The notes below the pieces were generated by a model that saw only the letters and a program-made list of their open reading frames with translations, was not told the origin of the DNA and searched no databases. From NCBI RefSeq assembly GCF_009834535.1, contig NC_045696.1, positions 83,888,001 through 83,952,000 of the forward strand: a stretch of 64,000 nucleotides of DNA. Reading direction: 5' to 3'. Each line of letters begins with the position of its first letter. Position 1 is the stretch's first letter. Both the position numbers and the translations under genes were made by a program. Source of the DNA: Camelus ferus (Eukaryota). Shown in pieces: positions 1-14,588 of the stretch.

Positions 1-599
1 AAATCTCGCATATCTCATGATCTGGATTATGAATGTGAAAGGATATTACTAAAACCAAAAGCATAAAAAGCAATATGATGTTCCACCTCTAATTTGTTTA
101 CTTAATGAATCCTAGTGATGAATTTCCTAATGCTGAACCATGAGATGGATTTTAAAATACAGAGATAAAATAGATGGATAAGATGAGATGAGTGGAATAT
201 ATTTAAGTTTTGAGTACTTATTCCTAAACAGAAGAAAATGCTGTCTCAGAACATTTCACCAGGATATGAAATATTAAAAATATGAAACCATTGCTGCAAA
301 ACCCAAGCATTGGCTGTTGGCAAGGGTGGGGATTCACTCAGAATGGAGGGGCAGAGGCAGGTGGAAATGTCTCCTCTTCAAGGGAGTAAGAGGGGAGAGG
401 GGGCCAGGTGATGATGGCAAATAAAATATTTTGTTTACAGTTACTTATTAATTTTATGTTAGTAAAGACACATATAATATTATTCTTATTAACCTTATTA
501 CTAATAAGGTAATACTTAGAGGCATGGGAAATCAGAAAATAACATTAATTTAAAAATGAGAGAGTGAAAGGATAGAAGAGAAACTTAAGAGGACTAGCA

Positions 600-1330
600 A
601 AAAGCTTAATATGATGAGCAAGAACATAGGAGGGGTAAAAATAGAAACATTAATAAATAGTAAATATTAAATATGATGAGACTAAAAATATTAATCTTCA
701 CAGTACATTCAGATGAACCAAATTCCCTATCGTGAAACAATGACTACCAGTTGAATTTACAAAGAGACACAAATACATGTTTTCTATCAGTACACACCCA
801 AAATAACATGAAGACAAAAGTTGTAAAGGATGTGCAGAATCACAAAGGCAAATGCAAATAAAAATGCAAGAAGGATGACAATATCCATATAGCAGGTAAA
901 GCAAGCTACACCACCAGTGCACTAAATGAGACAAAGGGGTTACTTCATCATGGTAAAAGCTGAAGTCCAAAGCAAAGTTTATATCTTTATTCACCAGGCA
1001 CACAGCATCAAAAATACAGAAAACAGAACTCTTCAGAAGTGCAAAGGTAATTTAATCAAGATGCAATGCATTAAAAAGTGTCAGCAGACTCCTTTTCAGA
1101 CATTTACACACACACACACACGCATATATTTACAACATCTGTGTTTTACTGGCAGAGAATTATGTGTTATTTTCCTATATTTCAGAGTATATACAATTGT
1201 GAATCATATACTTCATCTCACAGAGAGCAACAGAGACCATATTCTTCAGTCAGTCTAATAAAACTAGGCACCAACAACAAAATCATGGATAAATAACTGA
1301 AAATACCCTTCTAAACAACCACCAGATCAC
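600..1330 (+). mobile_element. Ancient L1 relic, ORF2 endonuclease region
   Basis: A-rich strand; RQRGYFIMVK resembles L1 EN RDKEGHYIMIK; later tcagaccac-like and cttctaaacaacc blocks. Confidence 0.55.
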
Positions 1331-4300
1331 AGTAGAAATCAGATGGCCATTAATGGCAAATTAATTAATTTTATAAACACTTCACTCCAAAATCTATAGA
1401 TTTCTGGCCTTGACCATTTTTATATCAACAAAGAAAGCCTGACATTTAACAATTAAGAATTCAACTTGAGGAAGGAGAAGAAGACCAACTTCTATTATTC
1501 TGAGTTGAACTGTTTTAGGCTTCTGGTTTGCCTAGTGTATTTAAGGGCTTACTGCACAGAATCCATGGTGAGGCAGGCCTGGCAAGGATTCCTGCCTATT
1601 TTTGATGATTTTTCTGGTGCAGGCAGCACGATGAGTCAGGCTGCTCTGGCCTTGCAGGGCCCAGGGCGGAGTCCCCACTAGGATGCAAAGCGGTGTCTCA
1701 GTGCGGTGTGGGGGCTGTTAGGGCATCACCCTACACGGACTGCTCCTGGATGACCAGCAGCCCCAGGCCCCTTCCCAGTTCTCCTCGGGGCCTCCTGCAA
1801 GCTTTGCAAGTAGTTAGACAGGGTTCTGGATGAAGCAGCCTCACCCACAGGTGGAGCCCTACGTGAGCCAAGAAAGGCCAGATGTCACCAGGATTTGGGG
1901 ATGAGGTTACTTTGGAGGAGCTCCAAGCACTTTTGCCCCTAAACCATCATCTGCTCACTGGCAGCTGATCGTGTGCTCATGGAGGGAAGGCGCTGATGCA
2001 GCGGTGCAGGCTGTGCCTCGTGCAAGTGCCCGCCTGGGGCCAGCTGGACCTTCCACCCAGCCCGGCTCCACCCGCCAAGTTGTGCCTGGGTTTGCCCACA
2101 TCTTCATTCCCACGTGAAGAGTCACCTTCTGATCTGCACAAAGGTGTCTTGAGCCAAAACGGCATGTAGAGGTCGTAGTCAAAGACTGCAGTACAGACAA
2201 GTCAGAGGCTACCACCTTTCTGATCCTAGAGAGGAGTTTGGGAAGCCATGAAGGTGATGGGCTGGTGAACTGAGGCAATGAGCTAGCTCCGTCTTGTGCA
2301 AAGAAGTGGGGACAGAAGGAAGGGACACATTCTTCTGAAAAGTTGGAGTCTAGGAAGCCACAACCACAGGGGCTTAGCGTTCCCTCCTGCACTCCACCTT
2401 GCTTTTTCTAAAAGAGAACACAATGTTTTATGTCACTGTGCTGTGCCAGCAGGTATGAGGTTGGTCTCCACTGTCCAAGCTATGTTCCTGGCATCCCTCA
2501 GTCTCCAGCCCAGAGGGAACACAGCTGGCCTCTCCTTGAGCATCACATGCATCAGATGTGGCTGAAATGTGCCAGGTACTGACCAACAGGACAGAGCCCA
2601 GGTTGGGCCTGGAGCCTCCTGTCACCTCAGGGGCTGCACACACCCGACCCAGTGCCACCTCTGCTGGTTTAAACAGCTGGCTCTGAAAAAAGGCAGAGCT
2701 TTTCCAATCCTTCGGAACCCAACAGATTCAGTGTACCATGCAGGGCTCTATGGTATTCCAGGCACTTGCTACTCACTCCTAAGTCATGGAGCATCAGTAT
2801 CCCCTGGGAGACAGGACCCCCCAGGTGATCGGTGTGCATGTTCAGATTTGAGAAACGCTACCTACCAGACCATCTCCTTTCTGTTCAAGTTAGAATTAGG
2901 CCAAGAAAAAGTATGAAATTGTTTTAAAGCTAACATCTTTTGAGTGGTGTATGGTTGCCAGCTCTCTACTTTTTTCTCTGGTTTAAGTTCCTGAAAAAGT
3001 CTTTAACACCAAGTCCTTTGGATGACTGAGAATTGCTCTTAGTGTGCGTGGCTTGTGTTGTTCCTGCCTGGGGCCCCGGATCTGATTCTAACCTCTGGAG
3101 TTCTCAAGGTTCCCTGGGGCCCTGCTGTTTGAAGAATGTAATGTAAATGCCACTCAGTTGGATAGCGAAGGACTTATTCCTGATGAGTTTATCCTTTTCA
3201 GAGACTGGAATCAGTTCTCAGCATACAAAATGTCATGATACCATATTCTAAATTCATTAGGAAACACTGCTTCACACTCAGGACTTCTGTTTTCAACATG
3301 ACAATGACCTGTCAGATATGTGACCTGTTCATTTCCCTTCTTCCAAAGGCGACAATCTTTTATAAGCAAGCCAATATTTAACAAAAATGCAGAAATTACT
3401 CAGAAAGAGGCAATTTTATTTATTTTCTTATGTTTCTAGGTTTGATTTAGACAGTCTATTATATTTCTACGGCTTGATTTCTACAATAACAGCATATGCT
3501 TTCACCATCATTTTGTTTAGAGTGAAGTAGAGATTGGTACGCTCATCACAAGGAAGATTTCCAAATATCTATTATATACATCTGCTTGGTGAGGCCATTT
3601 TTTAAAAGGACCAGAAAGTATCTTTTAAAATGTTGCATTTTCAAATTCCCCAGGGCACCCAACTTTCTCACTGTGATACTGAAAAGGTGAGTAGGGTGTT
3701 CTATTTTATACCCTATAGTCTTATCTCTGTAGAGTTACAAAGAGGAAAAAACAAGGCCTCTCTCAAAGAGTTTACAGTCTAGAGTCACATCCACAAAATT
3801 GAGAAAATTACATATTATCTCATGATTGTGCTGTGTTGCTTGAAGGTCAAAGAAGAGAAAACCCATCACTTGCTATAGGAATCTGCATCCCTAATGCGTG
3901 ACTTGAACATTCCACGTAAAGCTGGGCTTTTCAGTGAATGCAGGCATAGAAATAAAAAATTAGGTGTCAGCCAGAGTTTGTGTGCAGATAAACTAGCAAG
4001 TGCCTTTTTCAGCTCTTTCTGATTTCAAATATCCTCTTTCTCCCTGAGCTTAAAATTTTCATGAGGATGTCCTACTTATGATAAATACACTGCTTAGAGG
4101 CCAGGGTCCAAGTCATGGGGCTGGGGATGGAAAGAAACCCGCAGGCCCTATCAGGATGCACATCACATGCGCACAGACTGAAAGAAGCTGGGCTTCAAGT
4201 TCTAATAGTATAATAGATCCTCTGATTATCAATGTAGTACATACCCACTGCAAAAAATAAATAAATAAAAAAGAAAATAGAGAAAAATAATAAGCTATTT

Positions 4301-7300
4301 GATTCTAATATATTAATCAGAGACAATTGCTATAAGCATTTAGGACTGGATTTTACCAGGATTTTGTGTGCATTAATACTCAAATATAAACACATGTGTT
4401 GGTATCCTGCTGTGAATTCCTGGGGCTGACTGTGGAAGAGAGAGAAGAGGAATAAGGAAGCTACAATTCAACTAGTCTTTTGGGGTTGAAGTTGCTTTGT
4501 CTTGCACCGATTTTCAATGCTATCATTTTGATGTATAGTATGGAAAGCTGCCCTCTTTAGCACCATTCAGTATTCGCTTGTGTTGTCTACCCTGTTTTAG
4601 GTGAGGTTTGACAAGTGTGCTCGAGGTACAAAATCAAAATGATTGCCTTAGAGTTGTTTCATGGCCTTTGGTTTAGTAAGCAAATGGAAATGGGGAATTG
4701 CTCAGTTATTTCTTTAAAGGTTTCAGATGTCTGTATCTGCTTCAATGTGAGAAAAATGTCCAGTCCTGCAAGATGTAGTTCTGATGTAGTTAATATATAA
4801 CTTTTTCACTGGGCTTGTACATCTCTTAATCCCAAATCACCTGTGTACTGCAGAATGGGACTGCTTGACTCAGAATATATGTCTGAAAGACATTATTCTA
4901 GGCCCTGGGAAAGAGAGAAATTTGTGCCAAGTATGGGCCTTGACTCATGGAACTCACTCTCCAGAAAGGGAGAGAAGGAGCATATGGGATGTGCTAATAA
5001 TGAGCTTCATGATGGGTATAAATTCAGAAAAACGCAGGGGCGACTTGCCTCCGTGCCTCACTGAGGAATCCCAGTTGCTCTTTTTCATTCCCTTGGGCAT
5101 GATGTTCCCCAGGAAACCTTCTCTCTGAGTCCTAGTCAAGGCTAGAGACCCTTTCATGATACTTTCATTAGACTATGCATGTCTGTATCACTACACTTAA
5201 CTCCATTTTTCTTTTCCTGTGTCACTCTTCTTTTCTAGACTGGGAGTAAATTGAGAGCGAGGAGTAAAACATCTATTTCTGCATCCCTGGGAAACAGCAT
5301 CTGGCACATAAAATTATTGAATAAATGCTACTGGGATATATGAAATTGAGAGAAGTTCAGGAAAAGCACTTGAAGGTATCATTTTGATTTTGAGGTATCA
5401 GCAGCTTCTTCAAGAAGCCAAAATTTGAGAAAGCGGTTACAGTACAGAATGGAACTAAGGAGATGATCCAGGAGCTCAGAATGCGGTGGTGCTGAGGGTA
5501 TCCATCCTCTCATCTCCAAGTGGGATGCTTGCCTTGCCTCAGTACACAGAAAAATTTGATTGATGGTTTTGGAGATAGTAGATTTACCTACTTTTCTTCA
5601 AATTAAGATACAAATTTCAAAGACAAGTTAATGTTGGAAACTAGCCTTTATTTAAGTAAGGCAGTGAGGCTGGAGCTATAATATGTCTTTCAGAATTTTT
5701 TAAACAAATATTTTCCCCAAAAAAGTGATTTTTTTAAATAATTGAATGGTCTCCTGACTTTTAGAGATTGTCTTTTCCAACTTCTTTTTTGCCTCCCACA
5801 TTCCCTGCCCTCTTTACCACCTTTTGAGTCAAGCCTTTTAAAACACAAATATATTTGTAATAGGCTTCAAGAGTAGTGTGAAGCAGTTCAGCTGTGGGAG
5901 GTTTTCAGGTGGAGGGAGAAGGTCATGCTATTTGAGGAGGTCAAAGGCATTCATGAAATGCACCATATGACTTATAGGGAAACAATCAAATATTAAGTAG
6001 TGTGGGAAACACATTTCAGAACAATTCTGGAAGAGTAGGGGTTAATATATTTGAATACAAAATGGAAAGTTTTCAGTTTACCATATAATTTCTGTCATCT
6101 TAATCATATTTATAGAGATATGATAATACTGCATTTTTATGGTCAAGTTTTTCATAAACTTGTAAGAACCCTTCAGGAACTGGTTGCTTTCTCAGTATTA
6201 TCTTTAGCCTTATTATCTTCATTTTCAAATTGACACTCATATTTCTTGAGACTGTATTTGGATTACAATATTTTATTACAGAGCCAGAAAAAAAAAAGTC
6301 TTCAAGTTGGAAGGGATCTTGAAACTTTCTTAACCTAATCCTGAACACATTGACTAGATAGACAAGTGCTTGTCACAGTGCTGTGAAAAGAACATTAGTT
6401 TTATAATCAAATCATCTTGGCCATTGTCCTGCTATAATACCTACTTTTTGGATTTTCTATTAAGTAGAAATGAATTAAATCATTAAATACTTAAGTTAAA
6501 TTAAAATAGTTGATTAAACATTTGAAATATTTTAACCAAGAGCCTATTGAGTTAAATATTCTAATAGATTGTAAACTTGCTTAAAGCAGGACCTGTTTTC
6601 CAGGTCTGGAGACAGTGCCTGGAACATAATAGGTGCTCTATAAAATATTTTATAATCACTGAGTTTAATAAATTAATAGCTTTGAAGAAGTAAAACCCTT
6701 TTAGCATTAAAACCATACTGAATATCATTTAGTGTTGAATAATTTGAAGTCAATATTGTATTGACTTCTACATATCCTGATATTGTTAAAGTGCTTTGAT
6801 TTTGAAGTGCCAGAAGGTCACTTGGGGGGTTCTGGTTTTATGGGTTGATGGAAATGGAGTTTACTGGGCTTTAACCTCTACTTTAAAATTTTCAGAGACA
6901 AGGAGCTTAGTCTGTATTTGTTCAGACTTAGGCTTTTTATTAATGTAAGTGAGACTATTCTCCTTGTGATTCATGGGTGAAGACCAAGAAATGTGATTTA
7001 ATTATAGGTAGCAAAATTTTGGCAGCAAACTATCAAATAAATTCACTCATTAATCTGTCCAACCACCCATCTATTCGTAATGGTTCTGCACTGGAAGTTG
7101 GCACGACGGATGAACTAGGAAGTGTATGGTGCAGAGCGGTTCAATAAAGTCTTCCTGTTTAATATTTATTGGGCACCCTCAGTGTGCTAAGTAACCCACA
7201 GAATACAGATCAGATCACAGTTCTCACCTTCAAAAAGTTAAGACATAGCAGTTCGTAAAGTCTCTGTGGAATGAGGCAAACTGCCAAATCAAAAAAAAAA

Positions 7301-7849
7301 AAAAATCTAAAGAGTAATGACTTCAATTTTACTCTTCATTCCTGATTTTTTCTTGTTCAATCTGAAGAAATAAAGCTGAAACAGAGCAGATGGGGCATAT
7401 CCAGCCTGTGTTCAGTTACCAGGCCATTGAAGTAGACCCATCCACCTGCAAAGGGCTATATTGAGCTGCCTTTATGGAAGAAAAACTTGATTTGTATTTT
7501 AAGAGATAATAAATTTCATCAATTTTTTAAAAGCTGTGATACAAAGTTCAAAGCAAAGTTATTCTAGACATTTGTCCCTATTTAATTAGGCAGTAACCTG
7601 AGTTAGAAAAAAGTTTCATTTTTAAAGGATATTTTAAAACAACTGAGTTTCTGAATAATTGATTAATAAATGAGGACATATTAAGAGAATGAAATCTCCA
7701 AGCCTGTGGTGAGAGAAGGTGCCCTCCCCTTCACCCTTCAGGACAACTGTCTAAAACACAAATATATCTGTAATAGAAAGTTGGAATTAATCTATGAGCA
7801 ATAAGAAACCGTTGTTAACTTTCAGCACAAGATAATCTATAACAACATT

Positions 7850-8130
7850 GCCCAAAATGGCTCCCAGTTACTTGAAATGATTCTAGCCCAAATTGAGATG
7901 TGCTGTAATTATAAAATACATGCTAGATTTTGAAGACAGAATGAAAAAAGAAATGAAAATTATCCAGCTGATCTTTTTTTATACTGATCACATGTTGAAA
8001 TATATTTTGAATAAGTTAGGGTGAAGCATATGATAAAATTAATTCTTTTATTTTACCTTTTTAATGTGGCTACTAGAAAAATTGAGAATTGCATGTGTGG
8101 CTTACATTGTATTTCTTTGGGGAACCAGTG
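7850..8130. mobile_element. MER33/MER3-like hAT DNA transposon relic
   Basis: gagatgtgctgtaa...aatgtggctactagaaaa...gtgtggcttacattgtatttc; similar to 14185-14443. Confidence 0.75.
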
Positions 8131-10769
8131 TTGAATATTGAGTGAAACTTTCCCTGTTGCCCTAAAACTGATTTCTCAGACCTACAGGTAGGACAAGAAA
8201 CGCTGGTCAGCCCCAGATTCCAAAGACAGCAGTCAGAAATTGGGCTAAACAACCCTCTAAATTAAGATGTGGAGGAACTATTTCTTCTACAATCCCAGCT
8301 TCAACCAGACAGTGCACTCCCAAGGGCAATGTTTGTAGAAAGAGACTTCCCCCACTCCTTCCTGAGTGTATATTTCATCCACCTTCAAGTCAAGTGATGA
8401 GGCTTGGAGGCAGGAGTTGGGAGTAAGGACTTGAGTGTGTGTCACACCAAAGGGTGGAATTATGCATTTTGCTTCCATCCCTGGCTGAATGTGTAATGAG
8501 TTGCAGGATCTTGGGACCACACTGATAGGGCATCAGAGTGCAGTGGAGAACGGGGTGAGAGAATCATAGGGAAAGCTTGAATGTGGCTCTTGAACTGGAA
8601 CATGGAGACTGATCTGTCCTTCTAGTCTAGAAATGCATGAAAACAGGAGGCTTGCTATAATAGCTTGCCTAGCAAAAGGCACTGTTCTGTAATTTTCCTA
8701 TAAAGACAAGTCGAAGGGAGGAGGATCATCATTCCCAAGTCCTGTGGCCCTCTGAAAGAACAGAAGAGGACCGCTTTGATTCCCCTGGCTTCCTGTGAAG
8801 GGACACAGGGTTTGGAGGAGGGTGCGGAGGCTATAGGGTTGCCCAGGCATCCTGGCTAAGTGAGGAGATATTCCACCTCACCAAGAATGCTGTACTCCCT
8901 GTTTTCATTTTCCACAGTACTGCTTGTATGTGTGCGTGGGAAGGAGGGTGATGGTCAATGGAGGTCAAGGTAAAGCCTGTTGCCTGAATAATTGACTATT
9001 CTTTTTACAGTATAAGCACTTAGCATTGATCCTCACCTATGAGCTCTGGTCCCAAGCACTTAGCTCTAGTCCCAACATCTTACTACTTCCTCGCTTGTGT
9101 CACTGCCCTACTCAAAGGCTATTAATGGTTTCCCATTTTCTGCAAGACAAAATTGTAATTCCTTAGAAGATAATAGTTATGACATTTGGTCTGTATCTAG
9201 CATTCTAGCCTCTCATCTGTTAGCTCCAATATTTCTGTGCTTTAACCAGATAGAACCACCAGCAACTACTTACTTTTGCTTGAAGTCATGCTTTCACTCA
9301 TTCAGCAAATATATGTTATCTCTTATGTATCAAGGCACTCTTCTAGGCATTAAGGATCTAGTGGGTAAGTTAGACATTCTTCCTTTCAACACAGAGCTAA
9401 CAATCTAATTAATAAGTTTTTTGTTTTTGTTTTTGTTTTTGTTTTTTTTTTTGCCTTGGTGTAATTCTGTACCTGTTTCTTGAATATGTTTCTCTTCTAC
9501 CATAGCTTAAATGTTACTTCCAATGCGAAGCTTTTCTTCGGATAGGATAAAAGCTATCTGGCTCTGTACTTTGTATTTATGGTTTGATGGAACCTTCTAT
9601 TACTCAGTTATCTCTCCACCTAGTCTAAGATCTCATTGACAGAACTGTGTTCAATCTATCTTTGGATCTACAACATCTGGCACATTATGAGTGCTTAAAA
9701 AACACATGCTAAATGCCTCAACCTATTGTCCTTTATTTAAGTCTTTCTATATTTCTTACTTTTGTATTTTCTCAGAGGTTATATAACAACCAGAGATTTG
9801 GCAAGCCATGTTTAGTTCAGAACAGTTACACAATCAAAATATGCTTTAAAGAAGTCTATTCCAAGTGGCATTGGTTGAATGATTTAACATATTTCTTTCT
9901 GCATCTAAACAGTGAAGTCATTCCTGTCTTTTGAACAAAAAGTAGAGTACATAGCTCCCCAAATTATTCTCAAAATTAAGGATAAACAGCTGCTATGATT
10001 TTGAAAATATAAAACTATTTTGACCATCAGAGGCTCATTTCAATGCATACAAAAATAGAGCTATATATAGTTAACACAGACTTGCATGTTGCTAAGTTAT
10101 AATCACTGAGTCACTGATTAAGGAGTGGCTTGCATCTGGGGACTTTCTTGAAAACAAGATTTTTCACCATCAAAATGGTTATCTTCCTTTCTTCAATATT
10201 TGACAAAAACTAAAGTAATACAAGATTTCAAATGTTAACCTGTGACACTTTCAAACCTAGCGATTGAACTTTATTAATCTACTCTATTAGTGGAACTAAA
10301 ATAAGTAATTATGTAGATGATTAGAGCCCTAGACAACCTCAGAAGTTACAGGACACAAAAACATCAGAACACTCCCAGGCAACTGAAAGTGACATCAAAG
10401 GAGTGAGGGTCTCAGCTTCTCGAAGTGTCTGGCTGCCCAGCATGGGATGGGGTTGTAGAAGGAATGGGACCACAAGAAGGAAATCTTGTGCAAAGGTAGC
10501 AGCAATCTGTATATAAAATCTACCAAGTACCAACAGAATGATGGCCACATCAGGAGATGACAGCCTGGGTGGATTATGACATGAGACCACCTATCTACAC
10601 ATACTCCCTGTATGTGTACATGCCTCCTGGTTCTCAGATGCAACTCCAGAAAAATGTCAGGGAATGAATCCTGAAATGAACTAGATCTATCTTTATCCCC
10701 TGGTGCAATGGGCTTGATGTATGAATTGACTTAAAGGAAAAAAATTACATTTCTTGCCTACTTAAGTTT

Positions 10770-10990
10770 AAGAACTGCAGTGCAAATATATTGCACTATA
10801 TTTCTCTGCATTTGTGTGTATGTCTGAAGAATATATTTCTAGAAGTAAAATGCTAGGTCAAAAGATAAGTATCTTTCACATTTTGGTAGGTACAACCAAA
10901 TCTCCCTCTAAAATTATATGTATTTTTATTTTTCTACTAACTATGTATAAGAGTGCCCTTTGTTCGATGCCTTTGCCAATATTTATTAAT
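10770..10990 (-). mobile_element. Old L1 (L1M) 3' fragment
   Basis: atatatttctagaagtaaaatgctaggtcaaa...atgtataagagtgccc, typical antisense L1 ORF2-end sequence. Confidence 0.65.
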
Positions 10991-11266
10991 AGCATCTAAA
11001 GATTCATTTACTTAAAATATCTCCTTTGGTGTATTTCCACTGAAATATCTCTTTTGGTTTGCTTCCAGAAAGTCCTTGCCCAAAGGTAATTGCATTTGCT
11101 CAATTTCATTCAAATCCAATGTCATTAATTCATTTTTATCATCTATTTCCTTTGCTTTGAGGACGTGTAAAATAGAGGTGGAGGGCAAGAGACTCACATT
11201 CACTAGGTGGTTACTTTGAATTGGATGCTTTATAAATAGCATTTCTCATCCTAATAACATTATTTC

Positions 11267-11450
11267 AGCTGTTCTCAGTGTGGTCTCTAGACAAGCAGTG
11301 TCAGCGTCAACTGGGCCTTTTTAAAAATGCAAATTCTCAGGTCCCGCCCTAGACCTACGGCGTCGGAATCTGTGGAGGGGCCCAGCACTCTTTTCTCTTT
11401 TTCAAGCCCTCCAGGTAATTCTAATTTACCCTAGAATTTGAGAGCCACTG
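11267..11450. mobile_element. MER5A-like hAT relic splitting a MIR
   Basis: cagctgttctca...aaatgcaaattctcaggtccc...caagccctccaggtaattct...tttgagagccactg with terminal inverted repeats. Confidence 0.8.
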
Positions 11451-12484
11451 CATATGCCCATTTAATAGATGAGGAGCTGAACTGAAGGACTAAGTAGTTT
11501 GCTCAGGGTCATCAGCTGTAGACAGTTGGCCTGACCTCAAAGTCAGCACCGTGCTCCCTCCTTGTGTGGAGGTAAAGCTTAAGGGAATGAGGTATAAGAT
11601 GTGCTGTTAGGGGAGGACAGTGTGGTAAAGTATGACGGAGTAGAACTCAGAGAAAACCGAGCAGCAGCAAAAGCTGGTGGATAACGATGCTGGTCAGACG
11701 ATTATTGGCAGAGTAACCAGGGCTCCAAAACTAGGATGGAGGGACTGGCTTTGCCAACATATCAGTTGGGCCTGACATGGACCCTGGGCCTATCGTTCCT
11801 TTTATTCTCACAAATATGCCAGAAATGTGGAGATTAGATAGTAAGCAGGGCATATGCCCATGATTTGTGGGTTAGAATTATTGTAATCCTGAAAATATAG
11901 CTAAAGACAGAGGAAACATTGGAAGACAAATCTATCTTGTTCAAGAATTAGGGCATCTTTCAGAGATGATTATTAACCTCTGAAACGTCTTTTTTTTTTT
12001 TTTTTTTTTTAAGAAAGAGAGAATATTGCAGGTTTTGTGATAAGAAGTTTGGGTCACAGAAGTGTATGGAAACCAGAAAGTAAACTTTCTTTTGGCAGAG
12101 GAGAAAGTTTAGTATAATTCATTTTTAAGTAAAAGAAGATAAGTTCTGCGAGATAGACTTTCCCTAACTCTCTTTGCCTGCTCACATAGAAATGTAACTC
12201 GAGCTATGTGCAGGGAGTAACTGGCCACTACTTATTTAATTCGGGAATGTGACTTTGGAAATGGAGTCCATTGAGTGGGTTCTTAATTTCAAGAGCCCTG
12301 TGAATCTGGAATTAAGATAAGTACAACTTTGACTTCTTATGATATACTTGAGTGCCCATACCAACATCTCCTAGGTTGATCTTTAGGACAAGGCAGTGTT
12401 TTTCTTTTTCTACCAAATCATAAAATAACCAGAAAAAATTTTGATCAACTTAGAGGAAGGTAATGTGGGTGGTATGGTGTTGTA

Positions 12485-12642
12485 CAGTGGTTCTCAAACT
12501 TAAGTGTGCATCAGAATCACCTGGTAAAACATAGTTTGCTGGGCTGGACTCCCAGAGTTTCCGATTCTTTAGGTCTGGAGTGAGGCCCGAGGATTTGATT
12601 TTCTAACAAGTTCCTTGGTGAGGCTGATACTGAGAACCACTG
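12485..12642. mobile_element. MER5A-like hAT relic
   Basis: Terminal inverted repeat cagtggttctca ... tgagaaccactg; internal catcagaatcacctgg. Confidence 0.85.
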
Positions 12643-12880
12643 GTATAGGGAAAAGAGTTTGGATTTGGGAATAAGAATACCTGTGTCCCTCCCCAAGTCA
12701 TAATATTTAATTTCCAAATTCCCTTGGACAAATCACTTAACCTTCCTGATTTGGCATTTCTCTTAAGTAAATTAGACATAATGGTAACAATGCCAACTTA
12801 ATAAGGTAGTCCAGAATTTTGGGGACAACTGAATGCAGTGATGCAGGAAAATGTTTGTGAATATTGGTTAATAATTCATG

Positions 12881-13319
12881 TGTGATGGTAACTTTATGTG
12901 TCCACTTGACTGGACTAAGAGATGCCCAGATAGCTGACAAAACACTACTTCTGGGTACATTCATGAAGGTCTTTCCAAAAGAGATTGGCATCTGAATCAG
13001 TAAATGGAGTAAAGAAATCTGCCCCCACCAACGTGAGTGTGCCCTAATGGAACAAAAAGGCAGAAGAAGATCAAAGTCTCTTGTTGAGCTAGGATATCCA
13101 TCTTCTGTGCTGGGACAGCCCAGCTCCTGGTTCTCAGGCCTTCAGACTCAACCTGAATTATGTCATCAGTTTCCCTGGTTCTCCAGCTTGCAGACGGCAG
13201 ATTGTAGGACTTCTCAGCCTCCATGACCACGTGAGCCAATTCCTATAATAAATCTCCTCTTATGTATATTTATATATATCCTATCGGTTCTGTTTCTCTG
13301 GAGAACCCTGACAAACACA
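12881..13319 (+). mobile_element. MLT2 (ERVL) solo LTR
   Basis: tgtgatggtaactttatgtgtccacttgactgg...ggttctgtttctctggagaaccctgacaaacaca. Confidence 0.88.
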
Positions 13320-13932
13320 GTGTTATTTCTTCCTCTTTATTTTTATAGTTCAAAACAAAACAAGACTCCTTCATCCACAAATTTATCACCAGTCGGCTCT
13401 GCCTTGCTTTTCTCGAGGCTGATATAAGCCAAAGTAGGTGAGCAGTCTATCAGAATGATAAATTAGAAATTCTGGTAGAAAATACTGGTCTACCCAATAA
13501 CCATCTCTCCCTTTTTCTTATTAACAAAACATTAATTTTGTTCAAGGGTGAGATAGCTCAGTGCTCAAGGAAGAAGAGCCTCTCCCCTAGCCCAGGGATG
13601 TGAATCATAATCGGTCTAGTCCATCTTAGTAACCTTGGCTTTTTCTCACATGAATAATGGTAAGAGGGCCCAATTCGTATATTCAACATAGACTTATTGA
13701 GCGTTAAGCATTGTTTTTGGTGCCGGACTATAAAGATGAATGAGGGTGACTAATAGTTCAAAATGGGAGGCCTAAACTGAGCAAATAACAACACAAATAA
13801 TTTTTACCATGAAATAAAAGCACTGTGTGCAGTAAGACTATATAATTGGAATTCTAAGCTGTTCTGGGGGAAGCGAGAGGAAAAGGGTATCCAGGATTCT
13901 GTAAGTAAGTGGCACGTTGAAAATTAAGGGTG

Positions 13933-14065
13933 GGGGAGGGTATAGCTCAAGCGGTAGAGCACATGCTTAGCATGCACAAGATCCTGGGTTCAATCCCCAG
14001 TACCTCCTCTAAAAATAAATAAGTAAATAAATCTAATTACCTCCCTGTACCAAAAAAAAAAAAAA
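13933..14065 (+). mobile_element. tRNA-Ala-derived SINE (Vic-1-like)
   Basis: ggggagggtatagctcaagcggtagag...gggttcaatccccagtacctcc with A and B boxes, A-rich tail, degenerate TSD aaaattaagggtg/aaagttaaggatg. Confidence 0.9.
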
Positions 14066-14184
14066 GTTAAGGATGAATAGGAGCAAAAATATTTCAGCCT
14101 TTTATAAAGGCTATGAAATGAAAAGAAGCTTGGCACATTACACAAATTCGAGATATTAAATGGGGTCAGATCATAGAAGGTATT

Positions 14185-14443
14185 ATAGGTGCTGTAAGTA
14201 TAAATTACACACCAGATTCCAAAGACTTAGTAAGAAAAAAAAATCTAAGTATTACATTAATAATATTTTATGTTGATGACATGATGAAATGACAATATTT
14301 TGGATATATTGAGTTAAATAATTATTTCATTAAATTTAACTTCACCTGTTGCTTTTTAGTTTTTTAACATGGCTACTTAAAAAGTAAAAATTATCTGTGT
14401 GACTTGCATGTGTGGATTACATTGTATTTTATTGGACGGAGCT
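14185..14443. mobile_element. MER33/MER3-like hAT DNA transposon relic
   Basis: gtgctgtaagtataaa...atattttggatatattgagttaaat...catggctact...ttacattgtattttattggac. Confidence 0.78.
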
Positions 14444-14588
14444 GACCATTGTATTGACAGTGGAGATAGAAAGAAGTAGACATATTTGAAAAGTATTTAG
14501 GAGACTAAATTGACTAATTTGATGATTAGTCAAAGAGAGGGTTATCAAGATGATATCTCTATTTCTGGAATAAATAATAGGGTGGAAC

